Source: Octopus vulgaris (taxonomy: Eukaryota). Taken from it: a DNA stretch of 64,000 nucleotides. Below the pieces are notes generated by a model that did no database searches, was not told the origin of the DNA, and was given only the letters and a program-made list of their open reading frames with translations. A program made the position numbers and the translations under genes. The stretch lies in assembly GCA_951406725.2 (NCBI GenBank), contig OX597826.1, positions 53,754,001 through 53,818,000 on the forward strand. The letters run 5' to 3'. Shown here piece after piece: positions 50,076-63,439 of the stretch (its first letter is position 1; each line of letters opens with the position of its first letter).

Positions 50076-51077
50076 TTTAAATATGTATGTAAATATGAGT
50101 TTGTTCATGTATGTGTTTAGTTTTTGTGATTCATATGGTACTATTTAAAAAGAAATTGTGTTGCATGTTAAAGAAAATCAATGATGAACTAAAAATCACA
50201 ACTTTGCAATTTGATAAAATATTGATGGAATAACAAAATGGAAATAGCATTGATTGGTGGTCTGCATGACAAGGCTTAATCAAAGGCTAAGCAACATATC
50301 TAAGAGATACAAGTGGTTACTGCATGGCATTTAATGAAAAGACAGAAGTAGTTGATCATAATGCAAGGATTGCAAAATGTTAACAAATAAAAAAGAAGAT
50401 ACTATTACATGTAGCATTATCATTTGTGCTGCCATATATGAAATGTAGATGTAAATATTGATTTCATACACAGGAACAAGCCTTCCATGGGGAGATGGAT
50501 ACAGTCAATTAAATCACCGCAAGAAAAGATTGACTGGTACTTTAATATTTTATTAGCCTCAGGAAATGACCATACCAGGATGTGAACTCAGAATGCATAA
50601 GAGTTGTAACTAAATACAGCTCAGATATAACTGAATGAAATATATAGGTATGGAAACATAAGCTGAAATGATTTTACAAAAGAATGATTATAACATGGGA
50701 TATGAATTGTCAGCTTCTGACAGCAACCTTGCAATCATAAGGAATAAGTCCTGAACTTCATAATTCCTTAAGGATATTTTAATGAGGAGTTCTGAAAGCC
50801 AAATCATGATGGGCTCTCACTCTTATTTTGAATTTCTTTTACTGAGAAAATTGCTTGACAGGTATAAAATTATGATTTTATATGTTACACATGACATGAA
50901 TACTGAAGAGATGTTATGAACCAAAGAGGAATCTTCATCATCATCATCATCATCATCGTTTAACGTCCGTTTTCTGCACTAGCACAGGTTCTGCACCATT
51001 ATGTGTTCTGCAAGAAATAACAACTAAATCTTTCTCAAATCATGGCTTTCAATGTATATTGGCAATGGACATAATCA

Positions 51078-51290
51078 ATCATCATTTGACATGTTTTTCA
51101 TGCTGGCATGGGTTGGACAGTTTGAATGGAGCTGACAAGCCGGAGAACTGCACTAGGCTCCAGTCATCTGTTGTGGCTTGGTTTCTACAGCTGGATACCC
51201 TTCCTAACACCAATCACTTTACAGAGTGTACTGGGTGTTCTTTACATGGTACTGGCACAGGTGCATTTTATGTGGCACTGGCAACTGCAG
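51078..51290 (-). mobile_element. Family C retroposon, degenerate
   Basis: CATGCTGGCATGGGTTGGAC...CAGCTGGATACCCTTCCTAAC. Confidence 0.75.
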
Positions 51291-52303
51291 GGTTGCCAAG
51301 TATCTCACAAGACAATGACCTCTTAATTGAGAGAGGTTGTAGAACTGAGGGAAGTGGCTGTGTGGTGAAAATCCAATATTTTTTGAATGAAGTCCACCAA
51401 ATTAAAAGCTCTTTATCAAAAATTCAGTGAACTTGTAATTGGTTTCTCAGAAAACTGTAACTGATGCTACTATTGTTTGCAAACTGAGGTATAAAATAGA
51501 CAGAATAAAAAGAAAGAATATGAAAACCTTATAAAACATTACAAAAAATAACTATATTCCTCCTGTCAATAAGTGTTCTTCCTAATCTATTAAAACTGAT
51601 GGATGCCATATACATATTTATAAATATAATGCATTTCTATATCTATACATATATACACATTTTTGTATTTATGTGCATTGTGTTTATGTGTGTGTCTGTG
51701 CCTTTTATACCACAACTGCAGTTAAACATAATCTAAGCTTCACTTCACAATACACTCTTCATGGAATGAATAATCCACCACCCAACAAGAAGCAATAAAT
51801 ATACTGAATCACTGCTTCAGAAATAATGTGAAACACCTCCACCATGTGAACGTGATGCCTACAATCTTTTCAGTCCATAATGCTGTAGAATGAACAATAT
51901 ATATTTTGAAAGATCTTTTATCTGTGTGTCTCACAACAGGATTTCAAACATTGTCCACAAAGATCACTAGAAGTCAACAAAGAAGAAAATCTCTAAGGTA
52001 AACTAGCTCTTTATGCAAGACAATGAAATAAAACTGAAACATTTCTTTGTCAACAATACGAAATATATGCATTAAACATATCCCAGAAAAAGACAACTAA
52101 AGTTTTTTTTAAATTTTTCACAGGATGGGTTTGTTTTTATGAGACATTAAAGAACAAATTACTTAAAGCAAATAAACAAACTAAAACTAAAACAAAGGAA
52201 TCCTGTAAGAATGTCTTTCACAGGAATCAGAAATAAAAGAAAATATTCTGATAAAGAGGAGGAAGCCATACAGAAAACCACAAAGGTTAAAAAAAACTGT
52301 TGT

Positions 52304-52506
52304 CTTATTTCTTTATTGCCCACAAGGGGCTAAACATAGATGGGACAGTCAAGGACAGACAAAGGTATTAAGTCAATTAGATCGACCCCAGTGCGTAACT
52401 GGTATTTAATTTATCGACCCCGAAAGGATGAAAGGCAAAGTCAACCTCGGCGGAATTTGAACTCAGAACGTAATGGCAGATGAAATACCACTAAGCATTT
52501 TGCACG
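52304..52506 (-). mobile_element. SINE family A
   Basis: ATCGACCCCGAAAGGATGAAAGGCAAAGTC. Confidence 0.88.
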
Positions 52507-52621
52507 GTCACTTGAGGCATGGAGCAAACTGAGGAGTTGCCAAGGGAACTTATAGACTTAGGAACCCAATTCTGATCTATATAAGCTGTGGTTTGCTGTT
52601 AATATAGAGGACCCAGTGTGT

Positions 52622-52942
52622 GAAGGTGTATGGCTTAGTGGTTACGGTATTCAGCTTATGATTCTATTGTCAGGAATTCAATTCCTGGTGACACATCATG
52701 TTCTTGAGCAAGACACTTTATTTCAAGTTGTTCCAGTCCACTCATCTGGCAAAAACGAGTAGTACCTGTATTTCAAAGGGCCAGCCTTGCCACACTCTGT
52801 GTCATGCTGAATCTCCTTGAGAACTACTTTAAGGGTGCATGTATCTGTGGAGTGCTCAGCCACCTGTATGTTAACTTCAAAAGCAGACTGTTCTGAAGAT
52901 CGGTTCAACTGGAAACCTCATTGTCATAACCAATGGAATTCC
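52622..52942 (+). mobile_element. SINE family E, full length (tRNA head plus CORE-like box)
   Basis: A-box TGGCTTAGTGG, B-box GAATTCAATTCC, GTTCTTGAGCAAGACACTTTA. Confidence 0.85.
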
Positions 52943-53890
52943 AAAACAGAACCCAGTAGATTTATTTGCTTGGGGACCTATAATGATGTGGAGATGGCCC
53001 TGCACCAACCCTCAAGCGTTCTACAGTTTAGCAAAAAAAAAAAAAAAAAAGGAAACTTTAGTACAATATAAAATAGGGTTATTGTTTGAAGGTGGTGGGG
53101 ATCATTGATTGTAAATCCACTCAGTATCTAACTGTAGAGAGAGTGAGATACTAAATGAACACATCTCTTGGATCTGAGTTCAAACCTATCCTAGATGATT
53201 TTATTCCTCATTTCACAGGGGTTGATAAATATATACTAGTAATATATTATGCTACATTCAATAAACTATATCCTAGCATTAGAAAAATTGACTCTGTATC
53301 AATAATAATATTTAATTGAATTTTTGTAATATAAAATACTGGACTGGATTCTTGAATGCAAATAATTCAATGGAAGCTGTTGTTAATTTAGATCTTACCG
53401 AGGTATACTCTACCTATCATTCTTATTGAACAACATGTATTTCAATCAACTCTATTCTTCTTCAAATAAGTATTGATCATACCATATAATCAAAAGAATT
53501 CAATATTTGTAAATCCTAAAACTATAAGGATATGAAAACATGGAATGATGATGTGTTAGAGTGGGAGAAAAAGAGAGTAAATATCATATTTACCAATTTA
53601 CCATGACCAAATTAATCTAGTGAAATATATTAATGTTTTCCAACTTACTGTAATGGTAGATATAAAATTGAAACTCCTCTTAGAAATTAATAAATTCCTT
53701 TATTATTTTATTTTATTCTTATAAAAATTTTTCTTCTGTTTTTGCTTTTCTTTTGTTGGTGGTGATGATGGATGGATAACAGCAAGGTAAAATATCCAAA
53801 GTATTTTTAATCTATTCAGAAATATATATATATACATACATATATATATATATACATATATATACATATATATATACATATATATATTAC

Positions 53891-53965
<75 letters not shown>

Positions 53966-54722
53966 TATATATACATAGATATATATACATATATATATAA
54001 AGTAGGAGCTGAATCGCACAGTTGTTTCCAATTAAAATTGTGAAGTGAGGAATAGAGAGATGAAGAGATAATTTCATACTATATTGAGAAAAATTAATAA
54101 TCTTGGAATAAAACTCTATTAGGAAAAGCTGCTGGACAGAATTAGGTGAATGAGTAGGCAACTATTACGTGTGAAAGTAAGAGTTAAGTGAAGTAACAAT
54201 TTAGTTGGTATGGTTTTGTTTAATCAGTTACTAATGAGGCCTATTAGAAACTAGAGCAATATATTACATATTCACCTCTGGGTTACTTTCGCTAAAAAGT
54301 CTACTCATTATAGACAGAGGTACCTTTAAGACATTTCAGGTTTATTAACTCACACTGAAATTTCAGTGTTAGATAACTTTAGAGACAACAGGTAGCAGTT
54401 TTGACTGATTGATTACAGGAATGGGAAATATATCAAAACTAAACTACTAACTAGGCACTGAACTAACTCAGCATTACAACCCAAGCTTTATACTCACTGA
54501 CTAAATAATTGCACTTGTAAGATAAACACTGTGGTTTCATCACATAGGAGATAAAAATTAGTGTGAATAAATTTATATACACATACACCCACACATTAGT
54601 ATGGGTATATTAAGTTTCAAATATTTAAAAATAATTTATGTGAATAAATTTTTATACACATACACTGAAACATCTGAATGAGTATGTAAAGTTGAAAATA
54701 TTTTTAAAAGTACATGTATGTA

Positions 54723-54781
<59 letters not shown>

Positions 54782-54970
54782 ATGTATGTATGTATGTATG
54801 TATGTATGATGTATGTATGATGTATGTATGTATGTGAGTATGTATGTATGTATGTATGCATGAATGAATGTATATATGTATATATGTATAATGTATGTAT
54901 ATGTGTATGTATGTGTGTGTATGAATATATGTATATGTATATATATGTGTATGTTGAACTACAATACTCT

Positions 54971-55027
<57 letters not shown>

Positions 55028-55249
55028 ATTATCTCTCCTGGTACTGTATGAACATTTAATGTGGTTTTAGAGTCAAGGTTTGGCTGCTATTTCCAGCATG
55101 GTGGTATCTCTCAGATACCCTAAATTATCATTTTAATAATAATTATTACCTTTGAAGGTTTTTATTCCAATGCTGGCCACCTGTTAAGATCGGTATTTAA
55201 ATAATGATCTTATCCTTATTTATATAAATATATATATATATATATATGT

Positions 55250-55420
55250 GCAGGTGGCACGTAAAAAGCACCCACTACACTCATGGTGTGGTTGGCGTTA
55301 GGAAGGGCATGCAGCTGTAGAAACATTGCCAGATAAGACTGGAGCCTGGTGCAGCCTTCTGGCTTCCCAGATCCTCGGTCGAACCGTCCAACCCATGCTA
55401 GCATGGAGAACGGACGTTAA

Positions 55421-55450
<30 letters not shown>
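55250..55450 (+). mobile_element. Family C retroposon, low divergence
   Basis: GGTGGCACGTAAAAAGCACCC...GGACGTTAAAT(GAT)n. Confidence 0.88.
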
Positions 55451-55505
<55 letters not shown>

Positions 55506-55508
<3 letters not shown>

Positions 55509-55794
55509 GAGGCGCAATGGCCCAGTGGTTAGGGCAGCAGATTCGCGGTCGTAGGATCGCGGTTTCGATTCCCAGACCGGGCGTTGTGAGTGTTTATTGA
55601 GCGAAAATACCTAAAAAAGCTCCATGATGCTCCGGCAGGGGGTGGTGATCCCTGCTGTACTCTTTCACCACTCTTTCTTCTGTTGGCCAGCTTGCTTAGC
55701 CAGCGGGGTGGCGTCATTCGAAGGCTAAAACAATGCGAACGCATTGTGACCAGCGATGTGTAACAACATCTGATGGTCTGGTCGGTCACGTGAT

Positions 55795-55800
<6 letters not shown>
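55506..55800 (+). mobile_element. SINE family D, full length, inserted in (TA)n
   Basis: A-box TGGCCCAGTGG (55518), B-box GGTTTCGATTCCC (55561), CpG-rich body, ends GTGATCACGTG; partial copy at 30999. Confidence 0.85.
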
Positions 55801-55832
<32 letters not shown>

Positions 55833-56259
55833 TATTAATCAGTAGTTACAGATTAACAATATAATATAAATACACACACACACACCAACACAATATACAA
55901 TAAAAATGAGTATACCATCTGTAAGGTTGACATAATTGACTACCCCACCACCACCACCACCACCACCACTAAAATTACTGGCCTTGTGTCGAAATTTGAA
56001 ATCGTTATTAGCTATGTCCTACAAAATAAAAGTGTAGGACATGAAAATCAGGGGGATTTGAGTGTTTTTCTAGCTGGTCATTAGAAATACAAGACAAAGA
56101 TTACTTCTAAGCAGTTCCTACCAATTATGCACACACCCTTCCAATGTTCGGACATATTCATAATTTTCAGAACATCATCTTACAGAAATTGAAACAGCAA
56201 ATAAATCAAAAGCTTCATTAGCCCCTGTAAAACATACTGGAATGCACAGCATAAATAAT

Positions 56260-56560
56260 ACTATAGCCTTGGGCCGACCAAAGCCTTGTGAGTGGATTTG
56301 GTAGACAGAAACTGAAAGAAGCCCGTCATATATGTGTGTGTGTGTATGTGTGTGTGCATGTTTGTCCCCACCCCCCAACATCGCTTGACAATCGATGCTG
56401 GTGTGTTTACGTCCCCGTAACTTAGCAGTTCAGCAAAAGAGACCGATAGAATAAATACTAGGCTTACAAAGAATAAGTCCTGGGGTTGATTTGCTCGATT
56501 AAGGGCAGTGCTCCAGCATGGCCGCAGTCAAATGACTGAAACAAGTAAATGAGAGTAAAA
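56260..56560 (+). mobile_element. SINE family B, 5'-truncated
   Basis: Match to family B body and tail. Confidence 0.88.
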
Positions 56561-56619
56561 GAGTGAAAAAGAGTATAGTAAATCCAAAAAAAAATGAAGA
56601 AAAAAACAAAAATGCGAAG

Positions 56620-56770
56620 ATGTGGTAAATGCAAAGTATTAGCAGATGCTCGGGGAAGGAAGGAAAGGTGGTTTTACATTTCAAGCAAAGCTCTTCATCA
56701 GGAACAGGAGATGGAGGAAAGTCCAAGACAAAAAGGAAGATGGACGAAAACAAAACCGCCAACAATTCAC
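56620..56770 (+). mobile_element. Decayed RTE LINE C-terminus
   Basis: RGRKERWFYISSKALHQEQEMEESPRQKGRWT resembles RRRKLRWFGH..R...LQG...G.R.RGRQKKRW. Confidence 0.4.
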
Positions 56771-57017
56771 ATGTGGTTACATTGGATTCTGTATCTTCAC
56801 ATGAAAGCATTGAACAAAAACTAGGGACTATCAACTGTTGCTACCCCCAAGCTCTACTGTAATGATTATGCCCTGTCCTTTTACAGAATGTTAGCCCTCT
56901 GAAATTCCTTTCCTGCTTATGTTTTTCCTAGATACACCAACTTGCAATCATTCATTATCTTACCATTTTTGCAAAAATCCAATGTGTGCAATCTCTTTGC
57001 CTTCATCCCTTTCTACA

Positions 57018-57242
57018 AGGCAGAATCGTTAGTACGCCGGACGAAATGCTTACCTGTATTTCGTCTGCCTTTACATTCTGTGTTCGAATTCCGCTGAGGT
57101 CGACTTTGCCTTTCATCCTTTCGGGGTTGATAAATTAAGTACCAGTTACGCATTGGGGTCGATGTAATCGACTTAATCCCTTTGTCTGTCCTTGTTTGTC
57201 CCCTCTATGTTTAGCCCCTTGTGGGCAATAAAGAAATAAGAA
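57018..57242 (+). mobile_element. SINE family A
   Basis: GGCAGAATCGTTAG...GCCTTTCATCCTTTCGGGGTTGATAAATTAAGTACC...AAAGAAATAAG. Confidence 0.9.
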
Positions 57243-58289
57243 ATGTCCAAATCCAGATGCTAATCACAATATGCTTTTTAGAGGCAAGAGAACCCAAGTA
57301 GGTAGCAGTTTTATTTTCTACTTTCCTTAAGGTACTCAGCTACTGTAAAAATATTTATTATTGAATACCATGTATATTTGTAGACATAACTAAAGAGACA
57401 GAAAGAAAGTAACACAGAAGTAAATATTAATTTGGGTAAAGTAGAAGTGCTTGTATGAGTTGTCCAAGTGAAATCGTCATCAGCTTATTGAAATGCTGTA
57501 CATAGCAACGAGATTACTGCTTTAGCTTTATTGTTCCACCTTAACTACATAACACTTGATCTTTACAACAAGCTTTATCATTACAACTCCTTTTGTGCTT
57601 ACAATTTACTCTACTAGATTTCAAACAGCAAAGAGAGAAAGTCGATCTTAGTTTAATATTATCTTAACTGAAAGCTAACTCATTACTTCCTTCCAAAGCA
57701 ATCCAGCAGAACAGACAGAAAAAGAAACAACAACAACAACACAAAATGAAAACAATTTGCAATCCTTAATAACAACGAGAGATCAATGAGAGATCCTCAC
57801 AGTTGTTCAATTAATAGCTGTGTACAGAAAAGCAAATAAGCATGATACTATTTAAACCATTTAGATAAGTGACTCCCAAATAACAATACATGGTGACACA
57901 CAGATGAGCTGCAAGATGTTGCTAGGTGCTGCACAAAAAAAAAAAAAACCTATGAAAATATCAAAAAAAAAACCCTACATTTCTGAAAAATGTGTAAAAC
58001 AAAAAAAAAAGCAAAAAAAACCCAGAAACTCTTAATGTAAAGTCATGGTAACTTTGCTTTATTTACTGAAGGAAGTAAGTACTTGAAAATAAAAAGAAAA
58101 TTCTCTAGTTTAAATTGCTTGTATTTATAGGCTAAAATACAATAAATAAATACAATTTTTAATATATATTTAAAAAAAAAATTCATGCACAAATTACACC
58201 AAAATATTTGTATTTGCTCTGAAGTGTGTCGTCAAAAATGAACAAAAAATAGCAGATGTTGATGGGCCTGGATATTTTTCTTCTTATCT

Positions 58290-58372
<83 letters not shown>

Positions 58373-58509
58373 AGAATATAGAAGAAACATGAAGGTATTC
58401 TAGGATAAAAATGTAGACAGTTGGATAGTTTAGTGATGTACTAATATGGGTCATTTGGCTGAGAAATAGGTCATATAAACTTTTTGTAGGCTACAGTGTC
58501 ATCTGAGTA

Positions 58510-58591
<82 letters not shown>

Positions 58592-58804
58592 AAACTCAAT
58601 AATAACAGACTAAGTGCAAGACACCAGGAATTAGGAAGCCATTAAATTGTACATTTTATTGACCGCATTAACTTTTTTATTATAATTTGAGTCAAATAGG
58701 TTTAAGCAAGGCTGTGTGGTAAGAAGTTTACTTCCCAAATAAATGGTTCTGTGTTCAGTCCCAATGAGTGGCACCTGAAGTAAATGTCTTCCACTATAAC
58801 TCCT

Positions 58805-58840
<36 letters not shown>

Positions 58841-58844
<4 letters not shown>

Positions 58845-59099
58845 GGCATTATTACACATAAATGCCACACGCTAGGAGGGACTTTCAAAGTCATTACTAC
58901 CAAAAATAAACGAATCGTACTGAATGCAGCTCTCGAAGCAAGACATTTAAAAACAGAATTTAGTTCCAGATCACCTGTGATTTCGCAATTAACGTATTAT
59001 CTACGTCTTTGTTCATCAGTGAAATGAATTCAAAACATATCAAGAATGAACAAAACCAACATACCCGGCAGAACCAAACAGATAACCGTCGCCTCCATT
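58841..59099 (-). mobile_element. Approximately 260-bp hammerhead-bearing element in (TA)n (putative solo Penelope-like pLTR)
   Basis: Bounded by (TA)n on both sides and lying between SINE B head (58705-58805) and tail (about 59135-59215) relics. Confidence 0.6.
58956..59031 (-). ncRNA. Type-I hammerhead ribozyme motif
   Basis: Minus strand: GAATTCATTTCA-CTGATGA-ACAAAGACGTA gataa TACGTTAATTGC-GAAA-TCAC ag GTGA-TC-TGGAACTAAATTC. Intact core, three stems, AUC triplet; A.C mismatch at 10.1-11.1. Confidence 0.75.
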
Positions 59100-59809
59100 A
59101 TATATATATATATATATATATATCAATGAGTGTGTATCTGAGTTTGTCCCCACTGCTTGACAACCAATGATGGTCTGTTCACAAACTTTTAACTTAGCAG
59201 TTCAGCATAAGACATTGTAAAATAGGAATCAAAGGGGTCCACAGGCAAAAAAATAGTTGAGAGACACTGCCCTAGAGCTTCTTTCTACCAATATCAAAAT
59301 AGGGGTTATGCATTGCTGGTATAAATAATGTTAATTTATCACTTTCAGAAGAGAATCAAAGATAACTGCATTTAGTGTAGTCAAGAAACATCATATTAAC
59401 CACTGTTTCCCTAATACCATGAACAGTAATTCCACATAGTAGCTAATACAATAACTTGTTGCCACTCTGCCTGCTAGAAATAGCAGCCAAATTTCTCTCA
59501 GATTATAGATTACCATCTTAAAAAGATGTACACATCAGATGAAGTGGCTAAAGTTTCACTGTATCTTGGAAAAAAGTGGGATGGTCACATAGAAAGCTTC
59601 AATAATGACGGAAATAGGTTAGGGTATGCAGAGAATGGTACTCTCCTACTTGTCAGCTCATACAAGGGTGGGTGCTTTTAATGTTTAACCCCATTCCTTT
59701 CTAATCGCAGGCTTATGGACCTTAGCACACCCTTAGGCACTAAAACCTATCTTCCTCACTATTTTCAGCCGTGTGTACTTAACTGTAACTGAGTTGGAAT
59801 TAAAGAACT

Positions 59810-61012
59810 GACACTGTCGTCGGTTATGACAATGAATGTTCCAGTTGATATGATCAATGGAAAAGCCTACTCTTGATATTAATGTACATAGGCACAAGCA
59901 TGGCTGTGCAGTAAGAAGCTTGCTTCCCAACCACATGGTTCTGGGTTCAGTCCCACTGCATGGAACCTGGGGCAAGTGTCTTTTTCTATAGCCTCAGGCT
60001 GACCAAAGCCTTATGAATAGTTTTAGTAGACAGAAACTGAAAGAAGCATGTTGTGTGTGTGTGTGTGTGTATGTATATATATATATATATAGATATATAC
60101 ATGTATATATATATATATATATATTTAAAGGGCTAAAAAACCACTATGTGGTCAGCCACTTCTAGCATATGGCTGACCAAATAATGGTTTTTTAACCCTT
60201 TAAATATACACATGTATTAGAATTTTCTCTGATTCTTCAGATTTTTGTATGCTAGGCTACTGATTTTAAATTGATCTTAATTAAATTAACATTCAATTTA
60301 TCTCCCTCATTATTTAAATATATATATATATACACACATACACACATCATCATCGTTTAATATCTGCCTTCCATGCTGGCATGGGTGGGACAGCTTAACA
60401 GGATCTGGCCAGGCAGAAGCCTGCACCAGACCTCTGTGACTGGTTTGGCAGGATTTTTTACAGCTGGATGTGCTTCCTAACATCAACCACCCAACAGAGT
60501 GGAACTATATATATGTATATAAATATATGTGTATACTTATATGTATAATGTATATATTTGTGTGTGTGTTAGTGGTTGTGCCCCCCCCATCGCCTGACAA
60601 CAGGTGTTGGTGTGTTTACACCCCTGTAACTTAGCAGTGCAACAAAAGAGGCTTATAGAAAATAACTCCTGGGATCGATTTCTTCAACTAAAAACCCTTT
60701 AAAGTGGTGCTTCAGCATAACCACAGTCAAATGACTGAAACGAGTAAAAGAATAAAAGAATAAAAGAAAAGTGGCTGAGAACTCCACAGACACATGTGCC
60801 GTTTACATAGTTCACAGGGAGATTCAACCTGACACAGAATGTGACAAAACTGGCCCTTTGAAATATAGATCCTACTCATTTTTGCCATCTGAGTAGAACG
60901 GAGCAATTTGGAAAATAAAGTGTCTTGTCCAAAGACACAATACACCGGGTATTGAACTCATGACCTTATGATCATGAGTTGGATACCCTAACCACCAAGC
61001 CACATGCCTTCA
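59810..61012. mobile_element. Nested stack: SINE E (minus; 59810-59889 and 60770-61012) split by SINE B (plus), which holds a hairpin element and a family C copy (minus, about 60345-60505)
   Basis: Family E sequence TTAATGTACA|AGTGGCTGAG is rejoined when B is removed; B head 59890-60050, B tail about 60570-60768. Confidence 0.8.
60123..60205. repeat. Inverted repeat, about 36-bp arms, in (TA)n
   Basis: ATTTAAAGGGCTAAAAAACCACTATGTGGTCAGCCA / TGGCTGACCAAATAATGGTTTTTTAACCCTTTAAAT. Confidence 0.85.
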
Positions 61013-61027
61013 CGAGCTGGAGTTTAA

Positions 61028-61248
61028 CCCTTTAGCATTTAAACCGGCCATATCCGGCCAAAAGTATTCTGCCTGTTTTATGTTCAGCATGGCCAGATCT
61101 GGTCTCTCACACCAACCCTACAACATCATTTTAAAAATTAACAACTACCTCATCAAAATCTCATAATTACAAGATAATGCATGATTAGTTCAAAACAATA
61201 TGGATAAAAAAGGATTAATTTTGGCAGAATAATGTGAACACTAAAGGG
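61028..61248. mobile_element. piggyBac-type MITE
   Basis: TTAA|CCCTTTAG...CTAAAGGG|TTAA. Confidence 0.88.
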
Positions 61249-61887
61249 TTAACAATACCAAAATAAACAATTGCTAAGATAGGGTGTATAGTAGAGTCCT
61301 TGACCAAACTGAAGTATGGCATATCTTGCACACAGCTAGGGTTACTTCCAGGTATTCAGTTAATACCTTTATGGAACAAGTCTGCTTAAGCTGAGCTGAT
61401 AAAGACTATTCTTTGCTAACAAGAATAGCAACAATAACAAATTCTTCAAATATTCTGTAAATTAGAGTATTCATAGAGAATTGTATAATAAATGTAAGAT
61501 TGGTAAAAACAAAACAAAAAAACAACTCATTAAAAATAAAAGATAAATTCTTGAGATAATTGCCAAGTGCATGACCACATAGAGAACTGATAAAATGTCA
61601 GCTCATCATCATTATCATCATCGTCACTTCCATCACCACCACCACCACTACCACCATCACCATCAACACAATATTCATGATTGTCAATGAGGGAGTGTCA
61701 AAGTGGTTGTTTGACCCGGTTAAAACAGAAGCTGAATTTCCAAGAAATCATACCCAACTAACTTGAACTAATGTGACAGAATGGTCATAGCTACACTGTC
61801 TTCGACAATGGGTCTCTTCAATCAGGGGATGACTTAGAACTAAACAACAACAATAACAAAATGATTATCATAATCATCATCCTCAAC

Positions 61888-61919
<32 letters not shown>

Positions 61920-62022
61920 CCATCACCAATTATTTTAGCATGTTTTTCCATGCTAGAATGGGTTACACACACACACAAGTATATGTGTATACACAGATGC
62001 ACACACACATACATGTTATACA

Positions 62023-62055
<33 letters not shown>

Positions 62056-62502
62056 CATATGCTCAAAGAGAATCAATTAGCATCCTTGTGAATGTTAGCA
62101 TCAATATTTAATAGGTGTCAGATTATGGGATCGATTATTGAATTAATTAACAACAACGAGTAAACATTGTTATGCATTCAATTATTAATAGCGTGCAAGA
62201 ACTTTGGTTCAATGTTAGCCAATTAACAATCAGAGGGAACAACTAGCACAGCAAAAAATCCTATCCCTAATTAAAAACAAAACATGTGTTCTGGTATTTT
62301 AAGACAATTATAGTTTTTTACTTTGATCTGTTTAGCTATTAGCTTTATCAATGCCATTCTCTGATATAATGTTGGAGAATCATTTACCATTCCAGAGATA
62401 CGGGACAATTATTTTTACAAAGGGAAAAGGAGTGCTTTATATGGTTGCTTGATCTTTTAGAAATATCAACTAAATCTCCCTGGAATCATATTTTAATATC
62501 TT

Positions 62503-62868
62503 AACAAGGGCACTCAGAGTGTGCAAACCTCCACCAAGGCAACACCAACGTCCTCTCAATGATTAGCCAGAGATGACTTTTAAAATGAGAATATCTGAAA
62601 TAAATTTGATTGCTCTCACAAACGAGAATACTAAAAATGAACCCAACCGCTTTCAAAAATTGATTAAAAAAAAAACAAAAAAATAATCCAGAATCCTTGT
62701 TTAGTACTGGATCAATCCGAAAATCTAATCAGCTCATGCCAGTCATGAGACCAAACATCCCTGAAAGTTTCATCTGAATCCATCCAACGGTTCTTGAGAT
62801 ATCTTGTCCATGGACAAACAAACATGACTGAAAACAATACCTCTGCCTTCGCTAAGGCAGAAGTAATA
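62503..62868. mobile_element. Helentron-associated (HINE/DINE-like) element
   Basis: Subterminal ACCTCCACCAAGGC, AAAGTTTCATCTGAATCCATCC, short (CAAA)n, terminal hairpin TACCTCTGCCTT-CGCT-AAGGCAGAAGTA. Confidence 0.75.
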
Positions 62869-63439
62869 AAGAAGTCTCTGTTTGATAATGTAGTCCTTGA
62901 TATACAAAACAAAAGAATGGTCCTAACTGAACACTCTTGATCATAAGACTGCTCAATAGAGTTTGACATAAAGGGTGTCTCTACTGGTTGCTTAAGATGC
63001 AAGAAGTAGAGTAGCAACCAAATATTCTATCAATTACACTTTATCACCTTAAGAATGATGGCATCAAATTGTACATTGACGAAGTAATATTAAATACATG
63101 ACACCAGAATAGTTTTGACTTTGAGTTTGCTCAATTATGGCCGACCAGTAATTAAGCATTATTTCCACCCACAGCTTGAAAATGCTTCCCTAATGGGATC
63201 GACTAAGACTGAAGCATGACTGAAATTACTCCTGTACTATTGAAATTCAGATTTATTCTCCACTATATTCTGTATGTGATTTTAAATTCTAAGGCTATCC
63301 CCATGATTTTCTTGATCAGAATTACTCATTTACATAAAGCTTTTTCTCATCCTTTGACTGTGGCATTTTTTAATAAAAATATCTAAGCCTCAAGTGGCAT
63401 CCTTGAGAATATCTCCATAGACAGTCATTTTCTTAATAG

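Noticed and set aside
55511-55585. tRNA-like sequence
   Set aside because: Has A and B boxes but no convincing cloverleaf or terminator, and continues into a repeat body seen again at 30999; it is a SINE head.
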